DNA of 63,860 bases, filler included, from Vezdaea acicularis (taxonomy: Eukaryota), in assembly GCA_026025075.1 (NCBI GenBank). It is 3 parts of 3 records of this genome, joined end to end, with 100 filler letters (N's around TTAATTAATTAA, not from the genome) between each part and the next. Parts side by side here need not be neighbours in the genome. Positions count along the whole stretch, not along the records: positions 29,635 to 58,508 come from JAPEUI010000167.1; positions 58,609 to 63,860 come from JAPEUI010000296.1; 1 more part is not named here. One strand, written 5' to 3'. Position numbers and translations under genes: made by a program. Position 1 is the stretch's first letter; each line of letters begins with the position of its first letter. The notes under the pieces are model-generated. The model was not told the origin of the DNA and searched no databases. It saw nothing but the letters and a program-made list of their open reading frames with translations. Below, piece after piece: positions 49,765-61,600 of the stretch.

Positions 49765-50325
49765 ATGGGGAAATCTCGAGGCCATGCTTCCGTCCCGAAT
49801 AGACATGCATATTCTCGAGTTTCTTTTTTATACCAAGCTGCTTCTCTTCTTGCCTCAAAGGATCGTGTACCTCCGAAGCCTGTGGCCCGCAAGGCTTCTG
49901 GAGCAGAATTCGACCACAGTGCACATTCTGAGCGACAGGCGTCAGTAGCAGCACCAGTAGCAGCACCTGCGCCAGCATCACAGAATCCGGTTCACTCGCA
50001 ACAAGAGATCCTCTCATCTTCTAACGCTGTACCCAGAAGACTAGTCGCCCACATGTTGGACGTCGCTCGCAAATCTCAAATTCGGCTGGCTCCGTCGATA
50101 AAGCAATCAGTTTGTATGCGCTGTAACGTGCTACTTGTACCAGGGACCAGCTCCAGCTCAAGAATGGAAAACAACAGTAAAGGAAGCAAGAAGCCTTGGG
50201 CTGATATCCTCGTCATCGAATGTACCTCCTGCGGAGCGGAAAAGCGTTTCCCAGTTGGCGCCAAACGTCAACGCAGGCGAGGGCCCCCACGGGCTTGCCG
50301 GGATGGAGCCGGTGGTGCTGTCTAA
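49765..50325 (+). CDS. RPR2: RNase P subunit Rpr2/RPP21-family protein
   Basis: YSRVSFLYQAA, VARKSQIRL and zinc-binding CMRC...CTSC followed by KRFP. Divergent from SUB2. Confidence 0.85.
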   Translation: MGKSRGHASVPNRHAYSRVSFLYQAASLLASKDRVPPKPVARKASGAEFDHSAHSERQASVAAPVAAPAPASQNPVHSQQEILSSSNAVPRRLVAHMLDVARKSQIRLAPSIKQSVCMRCNVLLVPGTSSSSRMENNSKGSKKPWADILVIECTSCGAEKRFPVGAKRQRRRGPPRACRDGAGGAV

Positions 50326-53300
50326 CGCACGGCCCTTTTTGTATTTCAATGAATTGCTCGACCAGAAACACAAACACCGTGCACTCTTTACGGCTTTTCG
50401 GATGAGCGCATGGGCTTGAGCACGAGAGCCACCGAAAGAGGCCGAGCTTTTTGCGCCCTTTTCCACCCGATACTATCCGACATCAATGAGAAGCGCAACA
50501 CGCTCTTGTGACCATGCGCTAATGTCGAATCTTCCTCTCTAGGCAATGCCGCGAGCTTCATGTTTCGACAAGAGAGAAGTCGTAAAGTTGCCATGAGATG
50601 CTGACATATACCAGCGCCAACACTGTCCCGTCCGTGGTCCACGCTCGCGGCCCGAGCGTCATTCCGCGCTGGATGACCCCGTATTATTTCCGCGCCTGGC
50701 CGCCGACGGCCTTTCTCGGGGTGCCAGATGAAGCTTGCTTTTCTTTTTCTTGCCGCTCATCAATGTGGGGGCGACTGGTTTCCCTTTCGTCGTGTTTTTT
50801 GATCTACGATCGCGGGTAATAGCAAGCTAGGCGCTGGAATGCGACCGATGGGGTGCTGAAGCACGCGACCTGCAATATTGAACCAAAACTTCCTCTACTT
50901 TCTCAGCATGGTGGTTTGCTCCTTCGCGACCAGTAAAGTACCAGAAGGGATACAGTCCTCTTGGGAGCGATCGGTTTTTGAGTTACCGTTCGGGTCATCT
51001 CCACCATTATGCCAGAGTCGCGCCACGATATTCGGGTCGAATAGGGATATGAGAGTGCCCAATTTGGACTACAGCCCGACGGAGAGGGACACCACACCCA
51101 ACAAGACCTTGACCTCGTTCGTGGAAGTGGTCAGGGTTGTTTGACCCGCTCAAAAGAGATTAAGTCATGCGCCCATTGGTCCATCCACAAAGTTGGGTTT
51201 GATGTGCGTCGAGAACCTCGGGTCAACAGATGCCAGGTGCGCGGATAAGTCTAGGTTCGCGGCAGTGGCTAGAACTTCACAAGAGACAGACGTCGAGACA
51301 GACGGCAAGACATGCTGGGGAATCAAAATATCCGGACGTGATGCTCTGCGCCAATCAATTCGATTCAAAAACGTCAGAATTCGAAAAGTGGGGGAATGAC
51401 TGGATCTGCCGTGGGGTGTGGGTGCGGAGCAGAGATCGACCACGCAAGCGCTGCACATCATCTCAGCGATTTTGCCGCTCACCGACAAACTGCCCTCGAT
51501 ACTAGCCCTAAACCTCTTCATAATTTCTCGACCTTGAGTGGTGGTATTCTCTCTATATCTTGATCACATGCAAACGGAAAACGACGTGGGATGGTGTGGC
51601 ATGTGGCACTAACAATGGTCGCGGCTATGCTGGCAATTTGCCCCGGAAAATCCTCGTACCCGCGACCGGCTCCAGTCTTGTTAAATCTTGTTCGGCTTCA
51701 GACATCCGGAGTACAGTATTGCACCTTGCAGCATAACATCCACAGCAGATGGCCCTTTCGAAGAGCATGGCATGCGATGAAACTGCATGCAGGTGGTCCC
51801 TTGATAGCTACATGATGCATCTTCGTCAGAGATTTACATCGGGTTGTGCTTTTCTCTCTATGTACAATTGCTCAAACTCACACTGGCAAGAGAGGCACAG
51901 GAAAATCGGTCAGGTTGCCAAGCTTCCCCACATGCCGCGAACAGGCGGTTCAGCTCCGAGAAGTGGTGGTTGAAGGGACGGTAACAAGGTTGAAAGTCCT
52001 CTTTTATTTGTCCTTACTCCCGCAGAGGTCAATCATGCCATGAAGATGCATAGGGAGGGGTGGCCGTTTCATCTGATGTGCCGTAAATGACAAGCGAAGG
52101 CGGGCAAAGCACTGTCATCGCTCCCGGTCATGCTGTGCACGCCCACGAAACACATTGTACACGAACGGGGAAAGTCGGAAGCAGGTGAACGCCATGACGC
52201 ATCTCATAGGGACGCCCGTCTGCCACCGCCATTGACGAGTCAATAGGGGGGGGGTCTTCTTCGAACCATCTGTTTTTCTGTATCACTGTCTTCACTCGGC
52301 GAGATTTTCAAACCCGGTTCATGCAGTGTGCAGATGGTACGGATCGAAGGAAGCATCGGTATTGCGACTGAGCGACGTGACGGCATTGGTGCTCGCTTGC
52401 TGGCACCAGCATTGAGTAGTCATGCCTTACAGTTTTGATATGCGAGGCTCGTGTCCACCTCAACCTCAAGGTACCAAGGACTTTAAAACTGCAGCGACCC
52501 CCAACGCCGCGTCTACAAAGCTTCGCACAAGATCTACGTGCAATACCACCACGGAACACTTCAATGAGTCGCATCTGCTCGGCAGAAAGGAGCCCGTCTG
52601 CCATCGGGACGCAGGACATCCAACGATCTGGACTCGCCATATCCGTCCGTCTATACAGCGCCATCTACTAAAATCAGTCCGCGCACGCGTAGGCTACGGC
52701 CATAGTTCAACATCGCCTGTAACAGCTCCAAGCTGCGTGGAGGATATTGTAACTAAGATTCCCAATGAACATGAATGGACCGAGGCATCATCGTTCCCCT
52801 CGACCTCACCTTTAGCTTCTCCATATCCCCCTCCTGACCATTCTCGCATGAAGTCAAATTGTCGATGGACGATTTCAGGGCAGGTGCGTATCGGCGATAC
52901 CGACAAAGGGGTAGGGCACGCCCCACCAGGACCAAGCGTCAACCGTCCAAACCTCGTTTCATGATGTCCGCTTTGCACCGGCTTAATTACCATGTCGTCG
53001 TGCTGAGTCGGCAAGTCAACGCGGAGGCGTTAGGGACGGCGACCAGCGACGCGCATGTGGCTGGGAGCACCTTCACATCCACCGATCTGCTGTGGTCCCA
53101 CCATGGCGAAGGGCGCCCAATGTGCCAGATGCCATTCTGATGGGCGAGCACAAAGGAGAGGCGGTCGTGGTGCATGGGTGACGTCCGGGAAGCGCGCGTG
53201 TTCCAATGGCGGCGCGCAGGAGCGGCGGAGGGGTCGCACGGTAGTGGGATCGTCGCGGCCAGGGTCCCGCCCCCGCTACCGTAGGACCTGCACTCCGCTC

Positions 53301-54424
53301 AAGGGATCTGAGCGGGGGCTCGCTTGCCTTGGCCATCCGAACAGGCATGGGCCGCGGGCATTCACGCCCAGCGCGCCTTCTTTCCCCGGCCTCCAGCAGG
53401 CATTGCCCAATGGCCGCCGCGCCGAGCTAATTTGGCGAGGCCGCCGGCCATTCGAGATATGCGCCCGCCACTGGCGAAGCATGCAGCTTGCCCTTGCCCT
53501 CGGCCAGTCCACCCACCACCCCCCCCCTTTCCCACCCCCCTTCCCTCTCGTGCCTTCCTTTCCCCGGCGTGCCTTCCCTCTCCTCGCTCGCTCCTGCCCT
53601 CTTCCCCCCCTACCCCGACGCGCCCCACCCCCTCGCCTTCCCGATGGAGCGGATGGCCTTTCTCGACTCGCGTCTACGGTCGCTGCGGCCGTCCGATGTC
53701 GTCGCCGCAACCTCGTACTCTCCCTCGCTCCTCCCCCCCCTTCCCTCTCATTACCGATCACTTGCTCCCCTCTCGCGCGTCGTCTGACTGGTGCGTTGGA
53801 GGCGGCGATGGCTTGCGCCTGTCGCCCCACCCCCATGATCGTGGAGCTAGCGGGTCGTGTCGTTGCATCAGAGCTCGTCGACCGCGGTGCGTTCTCCCCC
53901 CATTCCCGCCCTCCCCCACCCCACCAGAAGATGACATCCCCATCTCCCCATCTTCCCATCTGCCCCCATCTGAACCCACATCCCGCCACAACCCCCAAGC
54001 CCGCCGGCCAATCACGGGTGCATCCATGCAACGCCGACGGTGGGATGCCTGTTGGTCGAGGCATCGAAAGGGGACCGTCCCCAAACTCACGCCGGCGCTC
54101 GGATATGGGGCGCCTCGGCCAGCGCCGCGGGCCAAATGAGCGGGCGGCGCGTGGTGTGCTCATCCATGGCGCGCTGGTCGCTGTTCGAGCGGAAGGAGCG
54201 ACCGTTGCTGGCGGTCGGCGGCGGTCACGGGCAGTCGCAAGAGGCAGTCGCGATGGGGCGCGGCGGGTCTGGCAAGCGGGTGCCGGTGGTGGGCAGCCGC
54301 AAGTAAGTAGCAAGTCTTGACGCTGCACGACTTCCCGCTAACGTCGGCTGGCCGTCTCGCGTAATGTCGCCGGTGTGGGCTGGTGCGGACTAGCGTGGGC
54401 GGGCGTGCGAGAGGCACGGGGGCG

Positions 54425-54479
54425 GCAGCAGCAGCAGCAGCAGCAGCAACAGCAAAAGGTGGTGGTGGTGGTGGTGGTG
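54425..54479. repeat. Compound microsatellite (GCA)8...(GGT)7 upstream of areA
   Basis: Directly visible. Confidence 0.85.
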
Positions 54480-55046
54480 AAGGCCGGTCTGGCATCTGGC
54501 GCCGACCATCGACATCGAGAGCTCCTGGTTCGGCCGAGGAGGGGGGTGGCCGTCTGGACCGAAGGCCGAGCCATGGGGTGTCGCCAGTCGGGCCTACCGC
54601 GAGGACGGATGTCCAAGGCGGGAAAGAGAGCGGCGACGATGACGGGCAGGGCACAGCAGAAGAGACGAAGAAGAAAGAGAAGAGGGTGGCCGGCGAGTCA
54701 GAGGGCGAGGCAGCAGGTGGTGGGGTGAGCGAGGTGAGCGAGGTGAGCGAGTGAGGGCGCGAGCGAGCGCACGACGGAGGTGGGACGGAAGCTCCTCGCT
54801 CGGCCGTGAGAGGTCCCACTCGAGTTCGCCTCGGACCCGCCGACTTGCCCCCCCCGTCGCCATTGCGTTCGTCCCTCCCAGCGAAAAAGTCCCCAATCCT
54901 CGCGACGCTGTCAATTACGACCTTTTGGTCAGTCTCGGACGTCGCGCGGCGCTCTTCGACCTCCAGACGCACGCACGCACGTCCGCCCAACCTCTGCCAC
55001 TCGCGGCGGGCCCCGGCGACCAACCCGCTCGTGCCGCCTCGAACGA

Positions 55047-58000
55047 ATGGACGAGCCTGCGTCCGTCTTGGGACGCTGGTGGTCTCCTCCTCCTCCTCCC
55101 GCCGGGCCCCACGATTTGGCGCGAGAGCGACGGTCGGCAATGTCTGCGGCGCAATATGGGGAGCGTGGGGGTCTCATGCGCTCCGACAAACCCAGTCCGG
55201 CCAGAGCCAGTCCGGCCGCGAGAAAGGCGACTCGTCCGGACCCTCACCACCTGGATGCATCATCGACGACTTCTCCGCATTTTCCATCGTCCAAAGGATC
55301 CTTCGACCTTACCGGAGACGACGAGCCCATGCCTTCGAACTTCCTCGGGCCTCGAATCTTTGCACCTGAGAGCGCCCTCGACACATTGCCCGTCCGTGGC
55401 TCTGCTCACGCCGAGCTGCTGCGAGACGCCGTCTTCCCCGACTGGAAGGACGACGCGGCCGGTGCGGACCTCGAGAGCGCTGACGACCCGCGCAAGAAAG
55501 ATCCCCTCGGCCTCCAGGTATGGAAATACTACGTCAAGACCAGATCCGGCCTGCCCAACCATGAGCGCATGGAAAATCTGTCGTGGCGAATGATGCACAT
55601 GAACCTGAAGAAGCAAGAAAGAGAACAAGCAGAACTGTATGTCCCCAGCGTCCTCTCCCTTTCATGTCGGCCTCGGGGAGGCCCTCCTGGTCGTGCCGCA
55701 AGAAGGCAGAGAGACTGATGGGGGAAATACCCACAGACTATCCAGCCAACAACCCTCTCTCACCAGCGCGCCGAGTGGCATCGCACAGCTCCGCAAGTCC
55801 TTCGACGCCAGTGCACCTCCGCACGATCTGATGAATCTGGACGACCTCATATACCCATCCTCTACTGCTTCGCCTGCCGTAATTCCTTCTCCCGACGTCG
55901 ACCAAGCAGCAACATCGGCGAACGCCGTCGCCTCCGCAATCCCGATAAAGCAAAGAAAAGACACTTCAACCCCCACCCAGTCGGAATTACCACCCAATTC
56001 CGCTCCCGTTCCTCCCCATATCCGCCAGAAGAATAACGAGTTCTCATACGTGCAGAGACATGTGAGGAAGACAAGCATTGACGAAAGACGGGTACGGCTC
56101 TATCTTCCTGATCGGCAGCCAGGCGGCGCTGGCGCCCCCCCCCCCCAATCCCCAAAATCATTGCCATGGATGCTGACGAAAAAAATAATAGCCTCGTAAA
56201 AGACCCGCCGACTTCTCTCCTCATATACCTCCTGTCGCTAGCATCATGATCCCTACCGATCCCGAGAGCGATAGAGGGTTGAACGGCTACTCCCTAGACC
56301 CGCCTAGTCATTCGTACCAGAACTCGAGCACGACCAACAGCCATCATCATCATCCTCCCCACGTTCCCTTCCCCCTTGATACGTTCAGCATGGACCATGA
56401 TCCAATCATCACATCGGCTGGACCTTTCCAGCAAAACTTCAACTTCTCCCCTATGACCTCTCCCCTCGCCACACATGGACCCTTCTCCTCCGTCTACCAC
56501 AACACCCCCATGGGTTCATCTTTGAACTCGACCGAGTTCTATTCGCCACCTGGATCTGCTCACCCCTCGAGCGCGTCAACACCACAGCCCATGGCCGAAG
56601 GAGATCAAGTCTACTTTGATAATAGAATGGACATGTCCCGACCACGTAACATGCACTATACCTCTACCCATCCCTCTCACCTGTCGAATACCATGGCACC
56701 TCAATTTATCTTCAATCCGACAAATGACTCCATCTTTACATCGGTCAGCAGTGCCGGGAACTCCGCATTTACACCACCGGGCTATACGATGCAGCACGTG
56801 AATCCATCTCAAGTTCTCCATCCGGAGTTCCCCCACAATCGGTCGCCGGGAGCGCAAGGGCACCGAAACGAGAATATATTCAGTTTTGGGGGCGATTCCG
56901 ATAACGAAGACGACGAAGGCGCTGCCTTTGCGGACAGGAACATGATGATGCACCCCGAGTATTCGCCAATGGAGGATGCGGCACTAGATGTGCACGGTGG
57001 CTTGCAATGGGACGCGAATCTCCCCGGTCAGTTTAACACGATGGCCGCGCGGTACCCCGGTGGGCCACCACGGAAGCAGGTCACGATAGGTGGGGCGGAG
57101 ACCGTGTCATCACCGCAGGAGTGGAATAATGGAAACACTCTCAGTCGAGCTCGTGGGAATGCACAGTCCGTCAGCGACTTGAGGAACCGAGCGCAAGACC
57201 CGAGGAGACAGAAGATACCCCGAACGAGCTCTACCCCCAACGCCACGCAACTGACGCAGAGCAACATGCTCCAACATGCGCAGTCCACACCCAACTCTCC
57301 ACCAGAGTCCGGCTTCAGCTCGGCAGCTCCTTCGAGACCGACAAGTCCAGGTGGGATGAAGAACGGCGAGGGTGGTGGAGTGCCCACCACCTGCACCAAT
57401 TGCTTCACCCAGACGACGCCGCTCTGGCGACGCAATCCCGAGGGACACCCGCTCTGCAACGCATGTGGCCTATTCCTCAAGCTCCACGGAGTTGTGCGCC
57501 CACTCTCCTTGAAGACCGATGTGATCAAGAAGCGCAACCGTGGCAGTGGCACCTCTCTCCCCATCGGCACGACCTCCACCCGCTCCGCGAAGAAAGCCTC
57601 CCGCAAGAACTCCATCCACCAGACGCCCTCCACCACCCCCACCTCCGCCAAAGCCCACAGCGTCAACGACTCGGAATCGCCTCCATCCGCTCACGGCTCC
57701 GTCAACGGCGGCTCGACAGCTGGCAGCACGCCCACCAGCTACCCTCCTGGGACCGTCGCCTCCAAAAGCGGCGTCGTGCCCATTGCGGCAGCCCCCCCAA
57801 AACCCGCCACGACGAATGGCGCCACAACAAACGGACGTACCGTGCAAGTTCCGCCGAAGCGGCAGCGGCGCCAGTCGAAGAGCGCTGCTACGGCCGCGCC
57901 CGCAGCAGCCGCAGCGACGGCAGCGGTGGTGGCGGCAGCAGCAGCAGCGCCCAGCCAGATCACGGACATGGAAATGACGGACGCCGAGGACATGGCCGGG

Positions 58001-58141
58001 AAGGCGAACAACAAGCGCAAGGACATGCCCGTCATGACGCCGCATCTCGGCCAGCAGAATCACTCGATGATGCACGGCATGCCGATGACGGCCGGTGGAG
58101 GCGGGCCGCAGGAGTGGGAATGGTTGACGATGTCGCTGTGA
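55047..58141 (+). CDS. areA: Global nitrogen regulator GATA factor AreA/NIT2 (3 exons)
   Basis: [11 protein letters not shown]...[14 protein letters not shown] finger [50 protein letters not shown] and C-terminal EWEWLTMSL. Introns 55637-55736 and 56092-56191. Start codon tentative. Confidence 0.96.
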
Positions 58142-58508
58142 GGGCGTTTGAGCGCGGGACTGGTATGATGGATTTGATACTTTTCAGCGGCTTGACGGTG
58201 TGCTTTCACCTGGCGAACACTTTTGCTTTTTGCACGGTTGGACGGGATGGGTCTACAGAGGCAAGGGGGCGGGGGAATTGGGGGAGGGGAATAGACGGGA
58301 TGACTTGGGAATTGTAAGTAGGGTAGAGGCTCGCTCGGAACGGCTCGGGTCGAATGGGATCGGATCGGGGTAGGACAGTCGTTCGTAATTCATCTGGTGG
58401 TGTAGACCCTTTGGCAGGTTCGTTGAGGTTTTTCCGACTGAATGGTTTTTTTGGTCTGATCCAGCCCGCGTTTGAGCGGGAAAGGGGGGGGGGGGGGGGG
58501 GGGGAGCG

Positions 58509-58608
58509 NNNNNNNNNNNNNNNNNNNNNNNNNNNNNNNNNNNNNNNNNNNNTTAATTAATTAANNNNNNNNNNNNNNNNNNNNNNNNNNNNNNNNNNNN
58601 NNNNNNNN
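58509..58608. other. Artificial contig spacer (N44-TTAATTAATTAA-N44)
   Basis: Same linker as at 29535. Confidence 0.97.
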
Positions 58609-61600
58609 TCGGCGTTGCGTGTGTGCGTGTTTCTATTGTCAGCCGCCAGCGATACGTGGGGTTCGGCGGTGGTGTTGTTTCGAGGCTATGGCGGAAGCCG
58701 GTCGGGGCGCTGAAGCAAGCAACGCTATGCCAGCTAGGTTGCCTAGGGTCGTAATGGTACGGGCGATGAAGTGTCGTGATGACGCGCAGTATTCAATGGG
58801 AGGCTCTCGTGGCCAATTCGTGGTGGATTATCGTGAGTGGAGGAGAGTGATGCGCTGGCAATTGGGCAGGATGCGCTGTCAATGCTCTCACTCGCTCGTC
58901 CAGCAGAGCGTGGGTGTGGCTGGGGGTGCTGCTTTTGCTGATTTTCGCGACTTTTTTTGGGGGGGGGGGGTGGGTGGATGGATGCGGGACCTGTCGACCC
59001 GAAGCAGAGGGCGCCGGATCTTTCGCCAGGGAAAGAAAAGCGAGAAAAATCGAGCAGCGTCCGATTTTCGTGTTGGTCGGGGGGCCCACACACACGCGCG
59101 AGTTCGAGGCTAATCGGGCTGGCGCAAAACTACTCGGGAGGTGGAAGGGGAGTTCGAGGTGGTCCGGTCGGTACGGTGGTGAGGGCGGAGAGGGTGAGAG
59201 CGAGAGGGAGAGCTTGAAATAGCGTGAGTTTGCTGCCGCTGCGTCGTCGCTGCGTCGCTGCGTAAACGGTGCAGGCGATCGGGGTCGACCAAGGCGAAAA
59301 AGGCTATTTGGCGGTCGTCGCCCACGCGCTTGCCAGCCCTTCCGAGCGGACTGCGTGTCTGGTGCCCGCGCGAGCCAGCGAGCGGTGAAGCTGCCACTAA
59401 TGCACCGACAGCAGACGGCGGTCACGTGACGCCGCGGGTGGAGGCCGTGAAAGTCGGTGAGGGCCGCGATGACAGGTACTTTTGCGGCCAGGCGGCGGCG
59501 GTGAGGGACAAACGGAAGGCCGGATCCAGTAAAAGCTGGCCGGCGAGCGATTGATCGATGACGCCGCGGGTGCGTCGACGTGCTCAACCTTTTTTTTGAG
59601 TTTGATTTGGAATGGTCGAGGGGTGTGTGTGTGCGCGATGGGATGGGGAGAACGGACAGGCGCTTTGACGCCCGGCGGCTGTCTGGCCGGTGAGATCGCA
59701 GGACGCGCTGGTGACGTTGGTCCGTGGGCGGGCGTTCGTGACGGGGAGAATCCGCTGGGGTCGAGGCGGAGCGGCCGCGGACGAGGAGAGCAGCAGGAGG
59801 GGATGGCGGAAGCAGGAGGGATCAGGGTTGGCTGCGGAAGCGCGGGCGGCTGCGGGAGACGAGGGAGAGGGCGGATGGAGCGCAATTTGATAGGGGAGTG
59901 TGTGGCGGGCCTCTCAGACCAGGGCGAGCCCTATGTCGCGATCAGTCAGCACGACCGCGAATAGAAGCGTCGTAGCGGCCGCGATCCGGCGGGCGGCGAG
60001 CAGCGATCCTGTGGATGTCGTCGACCTGTGCGATGAACGTGCAGCGGCGCAGGGTGCAGGCCGGAGAGCAGAGCAACGGCGCGCGCGCAGGGAGCATGGA
60101 CGTCTCGTGGCGGCAGGCAGAGGTACCGATTGACCGGAGGAGCAGCTGGCCCCAAGGCACGCGAGGGCTGGGACCCTAAAAAGCAAACAAGGGCCGGCGA
60201 CTGGGTCGGCAACGGTCGAAACGAAAAGCAATCCAATCGAGCGGTGGTCTGGTCGCAGCGTTCGGAGGGGGCGAAAAGGACGAGCTCTCATTTGACGAGG
60301 ACACCGGCGGGGCGGCTGCATTTAAGTAGGCAATTTTCTGATTTGCTAGCCGGCCGAAATTCCCGCAAGCGGCCCCGTCCCGCCCCTCCGACGCCCGCCC
60401 CACTGCCGGCCGACCCACACCAAGCACCAGAACGAAGAGGGAGGTGTGTACGGCGTAGGCGAAACGGGAGGAATTGAAGAGAATGGCGACGTAAACGTCT
60501 CGGCACGTCCAAGGGGGTGAAGGGCAAGAGTCGGGCACAAGAAGGGGGTGGGGGGAGGAGGGGGGGGGGGGTTTGATGGGAAGAGAGAAGGGTGAAATGG
60601 GAATAGCATGGCAGGTATGTAATAGATTGCAGAGGACAAGAGAAAAGGAGCGCCTCGTCGCGGAAAAGCAGTCCCACCGCCCGCTCCCATAGGCTCGGAC
60701 CGGAGTGGGTGTGGAGCATGACGATGGCGTTTCATTCTCTCTCGAGTCTCCTGCTTGCTTTGGGCGACACAGACTTATCAATCGAGCACGCCACGATTCG
60801 CACTCTCGCCGCGGCGCCCTCCCATCAGATAAAGGATGGAGTCGCGTTGATACAAGATCCTGCCAGATTAAATTGAGCACCGTGCGGCGCAGCGTGGTCG
60901 GAGCCAGTCGTAGCCCTGTCCCGGCCAGTCTATTGCTTTATTAGAGCACGTGTTTTGTCGGCGCGCCTCGTCCTCTTTCTCGCGAGGGAAGGGCGTGGAG
61001 GCACAAGGGATGGGCGAATCGGCCGGGATGCGGAGGCTGCTTAGTATCCCGCGGCCGGATGACTCCGCGGGCGTGGCGGGATATCGCGAGCAGAAAAAGA
61101 GGCAGAAGATAGGCAGCAGGGCTTGGGCTTGGGGCCATTTCCGTTGCGCACGCCTGTTTGACCATTTTTCGCTTTTCTTTTTCCGCTCCCCCCTACCCCC
61201 CCGGGGAGCCGGGGAGGACTTCCCACCCTTCCACCCTTCCTCCCTCCCTCCCTCCCTCCTCATCCCCCGTCCCCCATCGGCATGCCCTCCTCCCCGCCTG
61301 CCTCTTGCCCGCATCCAGCGTCATCCCGACGCAGGCCCATTCGCCGACGGCTCTTTGCTGGGGCCTCACTTTCGGGTCGACCTGGACGCGGCGCCGATCG
61401 GATTGGGGATGCTGCCCGCCCCGGCGCCAATAACGGGCTCTGGTACGTCGACCGACGGCGGACGGAGGGTGATGCGCGATCGACCGTCTTCCCGCGCGTC
61501 GTGCGCATCATCTTCGGCTCCCGTCGCTGTCCGACGTCAAACCATCGTGGAGCTTGTCTGCATGCGGCCTGGCTCCCAGATGGCGAAAAGGGCACGAGTG

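Noticed and set aside
53055..55140. 421-, 350- and 326-aa ORFs upstream of areA
   Set aside because: Mutually overlapping, low-complexity and without recognisable motifs.
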